Positions 56,932-64,000 of a stretch of 64,000 bases of DNA are shown here, piece after piece. This stretch comes from Calditrichales bacterium. Lineage in GTDB: Bacteria > Calditrichota > Calditrichia > Calditrichales > J004. Each line of letters starts with the position of its first letter. The first letter of the stretch is position 1. The stretch lies in NCBI GenBank assembly GCA_965267575.1, contig OZ254086.1, positions 4,320,001 to 4,384,000 on the forward strand, written 5' to 3'. Position numbers and translations under genes: made by a program. A model generated the notes under the pieces. It ran no database searches. It saw nothing but the letters and a program-made list of their open reading frames with translations, and was not told the origin of the DNA.

Positions 56932-59900
56932 TTATTCGGTTACCAACACTTCGCCGGCTTCTTCTTTTACACCTTTGCGCTTCAGGATGACACCCCCCAC
57001 CAGCTTACGGAAATAATTACGCATATCATCAAAAACAGTGTAAGCCCAGGGTACGGCAATCAGCGATACCAATGTGGAGAACATCAATCCGCCAATGATC
57101 GTCAGTCCCATGGGCTTGTATTCAATGCCAATCATTTTGGCGTTGCCAAGTGCCATGGGGATCAGACCGCCGATGGTTGTAAAAGCGGTCATTAAAATAG
57201 GCCGGAAGCGCTTGGATCCGGCGGTAATCAATGCTTCAAAACGGGCATACCCTTCGTTACGCAAGCGGTTGACCATATCGATCATCACGATGGCGTTGTT
57301 TACCACAATACCGATCAGGATGATCAGCCCGATGCCACTCATTGTGTCGAACGGTGTATTGGTCAGATAAAGCATCCAGTACGCGCCTACAAAGCTAAAC
57401 GGTATGGCTATAATTACGGAAAGCGGCAATACAAACGATTCAAACAAAATGCCCATCAGAAGGAACACAGAGGTGATAGCCATTACAACACCAAACCACT
57501 GGCTTTCACTGCGCTCATTCAGACGCGCAAAACGGGAGCCCTTGTTCCAGTCGTAGCCGTAAGGCATTTCGAAACCGGCCATGGCCTGATCGATTTTCTG
57601 GTGGATCATGCCAATGTTCTGAACCGTGGTGTTGGCTTTTACACCAAGCATGGTCTTGCCGTCTTCGCGCATGATGGAGCCGAAGCCTTTTTTTACGCTG
57701 ATTGTAGCCACGGCATCCAGCGGTACTTCCTTGCCGTTCTGGGCGAAGAAGGTAATATTTTTAAGCTGCTGCAGGTTTTGCCTGTCCTCTTCCTGCAACT
57801 GGATCAGCATGTCTATTTCGCGGTCATCAGTCTGGAATTTGGGAAGCTGTATTCCACGCAGGGCGTACATGACCGTACCGGAAATTGTGCGCGGGCTGAT
57901 GCCGAATTTTTGTGCCTGTTCGCGCTTAATCATCAGGCGTATTTCGTCGTCACCCCGTTCCCGATCGGTTTCGACGCTGATGATTTCCGGAATGGCTTTG
58001 AGCCTGCGTTCCACCTCTTCGGCAAGCTGAGCGAGGCGCTGTGTGTCATCGCCAAACAGGTTTATGTTGACAGACGCTTCATCGCCACCCTGGGTTTGCC
58101 ACCACGTTGTACGCAACTTTACGCCCGGTAATTCGGGAATCCGCTTTTTGACGTCTTCCACAACAGCGTCGCGGCTCATCAGCGTAGTATCAGCCAGGCC
58201 CAGCATATCTTTGGCGCCATTGTATAGCGTCTCGTACCAGGCCAGCGGAGGCTCCGGTTGCAGAAAAACATGCAAACGGGCAAAATTGGCCCGGTAGCCG
58301 GCATTGATCGTTCTCAGGTTATAACGGTCTCCGTGAGCTCGTACGGTATCTTCGGCCATCTTTACAACCCGGGCGGCATCATCCAACGTGTAGTTATCCG
58401 GCAATTCAAACATCAGGCGGAAATCGTTAATATTGCCATTCATGTTGTCTGTTTGCGCCACATTATTCATGGCAAATTGCAGGGAAAACAGAACAAATAG
58501 TAGTATCACAAAAGTTTCAACGCGGTGCGTAAGACTCCAGCTTAATACGCCGGTGTACCATTTTGTGCTTTTGACGATAACGGGCGGTTCCTGCACCTTC
58601 TTTTTGGAAACAACGCGTGTTGCTGCCAGGGGAATAAAGACCATAGCAACGATTAGAGAGGCAACAAGAGCGCCAATTACAGGCACGCCAATCCGCAGCA
58701 TATAAAACCGAAAACCGGCTTCATCGTTCATTAATATCAGCGGCAGAAAAACCACGATCGTTGTAAAGGTAGCCATGGTTACGGCCAGCGACACTTCCGA
58801 AGTGCCCCTTGCGGCGGCTTTTTTAGCACCGTCGCCTTCACTGCGCCGGCGGTATATGTTTTCAAGTACCACAATCGAGTTGTCCACCACCATACCGATG
58901 GAGATCATCAGGCCCATCATAGTAATCAGGTTAAGCGTCCAACCCATGAAATAGAGAAAGGTAAGACTGAACAGGATGGACAGCGGAATAGCAAGGTTGA
59001 GAATAAGCGTCATACGGAAGCGGCGCAGGAAAAAGTAAAGCACCACAAAGGCGAAAAAACCGCCCCACATACCGGCCGAAGTCAGATTATCAATGCTCTC
59101 TTTGATGAAGTGACCCTGGTTAAAAAGCACTTCCACCTTTATGTCGTTCAGCCGTGGATCGTTTTCGAATTCGGCGAACATGGCTTCAACTTTGTCCGTC
59201 AGTTCCACGGTGTTGGCAAGTGATTCCTTAAAGATGGCCAGTTCCAGCGCCGGCTTGCCATCTATGCGCTGCACCCAGCGTCTTTCGGGCACGTCGTATA
59301 CAACCTCAGCAATATCCTTCAGACGGATATTGGCGCCGCGGATGGGGATATTGCGCACCTGCTCAAGCGAGCGGAACTTACCTATGGAGCGCACAAATAT
59401 CTGCTGACCGCCGTCACGCAGGTCTCCCGAAGAGATGGCAAAGTTATCGCTACGCAAACGGGTGATCACTTCATAAAGATTGATTTTGTGGGCGCGCACT
59501 TTTTCCTGGTCAATCAATATCTGGATTGACTTTTCATCGGCGCCTTCTATCTCCACACTGGCGATACCGTCAATCCGTTCCAGCGGTTTTTTGATCAGCT
59601 GCTCGGTAAAATAGTAGGGATCTTCCAGCTCTTTTTCGGGGATCAACGCCACCCACATGATCGGTTCATCGTCGTTGTCCCATTTTCGGATGTAGAGGCG
59701 CTCCACATCGTCGGGCAAATCGGGCCGTACCCGTTCAATGCGGTCGCGAAGCTGGTTATAGGCCAGCTCCATATCGGCGCTTTGGTTAAAGTGCAGCGAG
59801 GTCCAGCAGCCGTTGGTGTGGCTGTAGGTCTCAACCCGTTTCACGCCCTTGATCGTCCTTACCACCTCTTCGATGGGGCGGGCTATCAATTGCTCCACTT

Positions 59901-60117
59901 CTTCCGGGTTGGCATTGGGATAAGGCGTCCAGACACCAAGGAAAGGAGGCGTAAAACCGGCGGGCATCATCTCCACCGAAATCTGCTTGTAGGCAATAAA
60001 ACCGACCACAAGCATAGCAACCAGTGACATGATCACCGTGACCGGCCGTGTCAATGCCAGCCGCGGCATCGCGCTCACTTTTTTAAAATCCATGGGTTCG
60101 TCTTTGTTGTCCTGCAT
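56932..60117 (-). CDS. RND (AcrB/AcrD/AcrF family) efflux permease
   Basis: RPVT, GMVVDNSIVVLEN, GIVVNNAIV, RFRPILMT; 12-TM layout. Confidence 0.93.
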   Translation of the reverse strand: MQDNKDEPMDFKKVSAMPRLALTRPVTVIMSLVAMLVVGFIAYKQISVEMMPAGFTPPFLGVWTPYPNANPEEVEQLIARPIEEVVRTIKGVKRVETYSHTNGCWTSLHFNQSADMELAYNQLRDRIERVRPDLPDDVERLYIRKWDNDDEPIMWVALIPEKELEDPYYFTEQLIKKPLERIDGIASVEIEGADEKSIQILIDQEKVRAHKINLYEVITRLRSDNFAISSGDLRDGGQQIFVRSIGKFRSLEQVRNIPIRGANIRLKDIAEVVYDVPERRWVQRIDGKPALELAIFKESLANTVELTDKVEAMFAEFENDPRLNDIKVEVLFNQGHFIKESIDNLTSAGMWGGFFAFVVLYFFLRRFRMTLILNLAIPLSILFSLTFLYFMGWTLNLITMMGLMISIGMVVDNSIVVLENIYRRRSEGDGAKKAAARGTSEVSLAVTMATFTTIVVFLPLILMNDEAGFRFYMLRIGVPVIGALVASLIVAMVFIPLAATRVVSKKKVQEPPVIVKSTKWYTGVLSWSLTHRVETFVILLFVLFSLQFAMNNVAQTDNMNGNINDFRLMFELPDNYTLDDAARVVKMAEDTVRAHGDRYNLRTINAGYRANFARLHVFLQPEPPLAWYETLYNGAKDMLGLADTTLMSRDAVVEDVKKRIPELPGVKLRTTWWQTQGGDEASVNINLFGDDTQRLAQLAEEVERRLKAIPEIISVETDRERGDDEIRLMIKREQAQKFGISPRTISGTVMYALRGIQLPKFQTDDREIDMLIQLQEEDRQNLQQLKNITFFAQNGKEVPLDAVATISVKKGFGSIMREDGKTMLGVKANTTVQNIGMIHQKIDQAMAGFEMPYGYDWNKGSRFARLNERSESQWFGVVMAITSVFLLMGILFESFVLPLSVIIAIPFSFVGAYWMLYLTNTPFDTMSGIGLIILIGIVVNNAIVMIDMVNRLRNEGYARFEALITAGSKRFRPILMTAFTTIGGLIPMALGNAKMIGIEYKPMGLTIIGGLMFSTLVSLIAVPWAYTVFDDMRNYFRKLVGGVILKRKGVKEEAGEVLVTE

Positions 60118-60119
60118 AT

Positions 60120-63100
60120 TTAAGCCTCGCTTAATTCCACAGTTTCTTTTTCACGCGCCACAACGCTGTACACCGTCGGGATAACCACAAGCGTCAACAA
60201 CGTGGATGTAATCAATCCGACAATAACCGTAATGGCCATCGGCGTACGGATTTCCGCGCCGTCGCCAAAACCCAGCGCCATGGGCAGCAGACCCAGAACC
60301 GTCGTGGCCGTCGTCATCAGGATGGGGCGCAGACGGGCCTGCCCTGCTTCGCGGATAGCATCCAGGGCCGATAAGCCGGATTCGCGTAAGTGGTTGATAT
60401 AATCCACCAAAACAATCGCGTTGTTTACCACAATTCCCGCGAGCATGATTAAGCCCAGAAAAACGACGATGCTCAGCGGAATATTCAAAATATATAGCGA
60501 AATGACCACGCCAATGATTGCCAAAGGTATGGTAAAAATGATCACAAAAGGATGGATCAGCGACTCGAATTGCGAGGCCATTACGATATAAACGAGAAAG
60601 ATGGCCAGCGCCAGTGCCATCATCAGGCTGTTCAGCGAGGTTTCCATCTCTTTGTTCTGCCCCGCCAGCTCGAATGTAAAGTCCGTTGGCAGGTCCATGC
60701 TTTGTAATTCATCATAAATCTGGTTGTTAATATTCTTCAGATTGTATCCTGACTGAACGTTGGCTGTTATGAGAGCCGTGCGCTGCTGGTCCACGCGACG
60801 GATTTCCGACGGTCCTTCATTAATGCGGATATCTGCGACAGCGGAAAGCGGAATAGGACGCCCCTCACCGGGATTAATTACCAGCCGGCGCAGGTCATCG
60901 ATACTTTCCTTGTCTTCTTCACGCAAACGTACCAGGATGTCGATCTTGCGGTCCTCTTCCTTGAATTCGGTGGCTACGTCGCCGCGGATTTTATTACGCA
61001 CGATCGAAGCGACTTCCAGCACGTTCAGCCCAAGATGGGAAAGACGCTGGCGGTCATAATAAATCTGCACTTCCGGATTCCCGCGCTGCAGGTTGGTCCG
61101 TGCGTCCACAATACCGGGAATACCGGCGATCGTCTCCTCAAGATCCTGGCTTATATCCTGCAGTTTGGTCAGGTTAAAGCCTTTCAGGTGCACTTCAACG
61201 GGCGTTTTAAAGCTGAACAACGTGGGCCGTGCTATGTTGGCCGCTATTCCCGGATAACCCTCCATAATATTACGAATATCGGCAATAACGATCTCTTCCC
61301 ATTTTTCAAAATTGCGCTCCGGATCAATGGTAACGGTGAGCTTTGCGGTGTGCTCGCCTTCTTCGCTATCGGAAGTGGCGCTCTTGTCCGTACCGGCTAC
61401 GGATGCCACCTTATTGACACCTTCCAGCCCGTCGATTTCGTTCATGATATCCATCAGGCGCTGGTCGGTTTGCTCCACCGGAGTTCCCACGGGCATGGTA
61501 ATTTCAACAAAAAATTCGCCCTGATGCACTTCCGGGATCAGCTCGCTGCCCAGCCGCGGACCCAGGACAAAAACCGTAAAAGCAAAAAGCACAAGCACAC
61601 CCGCGATAACCGCAAGCTTGTTATCCAATGACTTCTGCAGCAGAACGGGGTAGCCTTTTTCGATACGGCTGTAAACAAAATCGAAGCCCTTAACAAGCAG
61701 ATTGGTAAGCGGCGTAAAAACAAGGCGAACCAGCAGGTACAGCATGTATACAAAAAGTCCCACAAGGATGAAAAGCGCATGCGCGATGCGGAAAATAAAT
61801 TCGAGAATGACAAATGCGATGTACTTGCCAAGGCTGAATAGCGAACGGAATGCGGCGCCCAGCAGCCATGGCACAAATGTCAGTGCGGATTTTCCTTTAA
61901 CGCTCTCACGGATACCGGCAAAATCGTCGTAAAGGGCGATAGCGCTTTTGATCTCCGCGTAGCTGTCCCAGACCTTGTCACGCAGCCATGTGGATGGTTT
62001 GTTTTCTGCAGATGCCAGCGAACGCACCCAGCGTGAATAGCGAAAATCGCCAAGCACAAAACGCAGCAGAAAAAGCACCGGCGTTAACAGCGTGAGCAGC
62101 GTGATCGCAAAAACCTTGAAGAGGGCCGCGAAAAAGGCCAGCAACATTAAGCCGCTCTTAAGCAGCCAGCTGCCGATAGTGCGCACAACCAGGCTGATCC
62201 AAAGACCGGCTTTTTCCATTTTGGTTTGCTCGTTGGCCGGATTGAATAAAGCGTCCACGTTTCCGCGCAAGGGTATATCGAGAATATAATCTTTGGGAAT
62301 GGTTTGCATTTTTGTACCGCGTACGAACGTTTCCGTTCTGCGTGAAGCAAGCATCGGTATCAGGAAAAGGGCTACCAGGAGCGATGCGATCAATGAAAAA
62401 ACGACAGTCAGCGCCATATCTCCGAAGACCTGGCCGGCAACACCTTCCACAAATACAATCGGAAAAAACACTGCGATTGTTGTAAGCGTTGACGCGATTA
62501 CGGCCCCGCCCACTTCGCTCACGCCACGCAGCGTCGCGCGGATCAGATCGTCACCTTCTTCGCGGCAGCGGTAAATGCTTTCCAACACAACAATGGAGTT
62601 ATCCACAAGCATACCGATACCCAGCGCCAAACCACCCAGCGACATGATATTCAGTGTCACGTCAAATATCTTCATCGGCGCAAAGGTGGCCACGATGGAA
62701 ATGGGAATGGCCACGGCAATAATGACGGTGGGCGACATGCGGCGCAGGAAAATAAACAACACAATCACCGCCAGAACGGCGCCCCACATGGCCGTGCTTT
62801 TCACTTCATTAATTGAGCTTTCAATAAAAACAGACTGGTCTGAGAGTGTTTCAATATTTATGCCTTCCGGCAGACTGAAAGAGAGAAAATTTGTCATGCG
62901 GGCCTTTTGCAGATCTTCGCCGCCACGGCCGCGCCTTCCGGGAGGTCCGCCCTGCTTAGCCTCTTTTTTCTCTTCTTTTACTTCTTTTTTGCTCTCTTTT
63001 TCGGCCTCACGGCGTTTCATCTCAGCAACAAATTGCTGCTGTTCCGGAGTACCGTACAACTTATCTTTTACGCGCTGGGCCACGGCAACAATATTGGCGT

Positions 63101-63992
63101 CGGCCTCTTTGAAAATTTCGATTTCGACACTCTCGGTACCGCCGATACGGGTGATGATCTCGCGCTCTTTGCTGGTGCGGTAAACGTTGCCGACATCCTT
63201 GATCTTGATATCGACGCCGTTCCAGTTACCGATCACCAGGTTTTCGATTTCACGCGTATTGCGGAATTCATTCAGTGTGCGCACCAGGTACTCGGTCTGG
63301 CCTTCTTTCAGATTGCCTCCGGCCAGGTTTACGTTTTCTTCGCCAAGCCGGTCACGCACCGTCTGAATGTCCATCCCGATCAGGGTGAGCTGTTTTTCGT
63401 TCAGTTCCACGCGGATCTCTTCTTCCAGACCGCCCTTTACTTTTACAGCCGCCACGCCATCGACCGTTTCCAAAGCACGCTTAAGCTCTTCCTCGGAGAT
63501 GTAGCGCAAGTAGGTCAGCGGCGCATCACCGTACAAACCGACGCGCATAATCGGATCAAGGGAGGGGTCAAAACGCAGGATCAGCGGTCTTTTAGCGTCT
63601 TCCGGCAAAAATACCTGGTCCAGCTTTTCACGGATATCGGCGGTGGCCTTATCCATGTCTGTGTCCCAGGTAAAATCAAGAATGACATCCGATTGCTCGG
63701 CTTTGGAAATGGAACTGATCTGTACCAGGTTATCCACCACGCCCAATGCCTGTTCGATCGGCCGGGAGATGGTTGTTTCCATTTCCTCGGGCGCCGTACC
63801 CGGATACTCGGTACGTACGGTCAGGCTGGGATAGGTCATTTCCGGCATCAGGTTCAATGGTAGTTGCTGGTAAGAAATCCAGCCAAAAACCATCACGCCA
63901 ATCACCACCATCAGGATAGCGACCGGACGCTTTACGGTAAAGTCGTAAAGGTGAGAACGTATATCTTTTATGCTTCGTTTAGGTTGCGACAT
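60120..63992 (-). CDS. RND efflux permease with two large insertions
   Basis: GMLVDNSIVVLE, GIVVNNAIV, RLRPILMT; 1290 aa versus 1061 aa for its neighbour. Confidence 0.93.
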   Translation of the reverse strand: MSQPKRSIKDIRSHLYDFTVKRPVAILMVVIGVMVFGWISYQQLPLNLMPEMTYPSLTVRTEYPGTAPEEMETTISRPIEQALGVVDNLVQISSISKAEQSDVILDFTWDTDMDKATADIREKLDQVFLPEDAKRPLILRFDPSLDPIMRVGLYGDAPLTYLRYISEEELKRALETVDGVAAVKVKGGLEEEIRVELNEKQLTLIGMDIQTVRDRLGEENVNLAGGNLKEGQTEYLVRTLNEFRNTREIENLVIGNWNGVDIKIKDVGNVYRTSKEREIITRIGGTESVEIEIFKEADANIVAVAQRVKDKLYGTPEQQQFVAEMKRREAEKESKKEVKEEKKEAKQGGPPGRRGRGGEDLQKARMTNFLSFSLPEGINIETLSDQSVFIESSINEVKSTAMWGAVLAVIVLFIFLRRMSPTVIIAVAIPISIVATFAPMKIFDVTLNIMSLGGLALGIGMLVDNSIVVLESIYRCREEGDDLIRATLRGVSEVGGAVIASTLTTIAVFFPIVFVEGVAGQVFGDMALTVVFSLIASLLVALFLIPMLASRRTETFVRGTKMQTIPKDYILDIPLRGNVDALFNPANEQTKMEKAGLWISLVVRTIGSWLLKSGLMLLAFFAALFKVFAITLLTLLTPVLFLLRFVLGDFRYSRWVRSLASAENKPSTWLRDKVWDSYAEIKSAIALYDDFAGIRESVKGKSALTFVPWLLGAAFRSLFSLGKYIAFVILEFIFRIAHALFILVGLFVYMLYLLVRLVFTPLTNLLVKGFDFVYSRIEKGYPVLLQKSLDNKLAVIAGVLVLFAFTVFVLGPRLGSELIPEVHQGEFFVEITMPVGTPVEQTDQRLMDIMNEIDGLEGVNKVASVAGTDKSATSDSEEGEHTAKLTVTIDPERNFEKWEEIVIADIRNIMEGYPGIAANIARPTLFSFKTPVEVHLKGFNLTKLQDISQDLEETIAGIPGIVDARTNLQRGNPEVQIYYDRQRLSHLGLNVLEVASIVRNKIRGDVATEFKEEDRKIDILVRLREEDKESIDDLRRLVINPGEGRPIPLSAVADIRINEGPSEIRRVDQQRTALITANVQSGYNLKNINNQIYDELQSMDLPTDFTFELAGQNKEMETSLNSLMMALALAIFLVYIVMASQFESLIHPFVIIFTIPLAIIGVVISLYILNIPLSIVVFLGLIMLAGIVVNNAIVLVDYINHLRESGLSALDAIREAGQARLRPILMTTATTVLGLLPMALGFGDGAEIRTPMAITVIVGLITSTLLTLVVIPTVYSVVAREKETVELSEA

Positions 63993-64000
63993 ATTTACTC

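Overview
A gene-dense 64 kb bacterial chromosomal segment, mostly housekeeping, metabolic and signalling genes. The gene content suggests a diderm of the FCB group or a neighbouring lineage such as Calditrichota, but this is inference only. I see no rRNA, tRNA, CRISPR array, integrase or transposase. In order: a partial TonB-dependent receptor; a GT21 glycosyltransferase; a coupled ackA-M23-M28-pstS run; cnoX-like thioredoxin, sirtuin, methyltransferase and GH1; hisC, rpoN, hslVU, argF; a GNAT/GT4/flippase cassette; a PDZ protein with sensor kinase and sigma54 activator; a choline/carnitine acyltransferase-like protein; DoxX; a FIST-kinase cluster; a Tat-exported Ntn asparaginase, dacB, hup and a long nagB fusion; an OmpR-type two-component pair; an orphan antitoxin; a tandem jelly-roll protein; ECF sigma plus Ser/Thr kinase; an AT-rich orphan gene; a mevalonate cluster with an HMG-CoA reductase-mevalonate kinase fusion; a fungal-type single-chain homoaconitase; and two tandem RND permeases. 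Best leads: (1) a shared 11-bp-period Pho-box-like promoter upstream of both the TonB receptor and the glycosyltransferase, next to pstS; (2) a complete-looking sigma54 promoter with tandem enhancers in front of a protease-less PDZ protein and its probable activator; (3) a carnitine-acyltransferase homologue apparently lacking the catalytic His; (4) a dispersed family of 8-bp tandem arrays at two intergenic loci. Several start codons were moved from the ORF track to better-supported downstream starts. All family calls are from motif recognition by eye; no database search was run.
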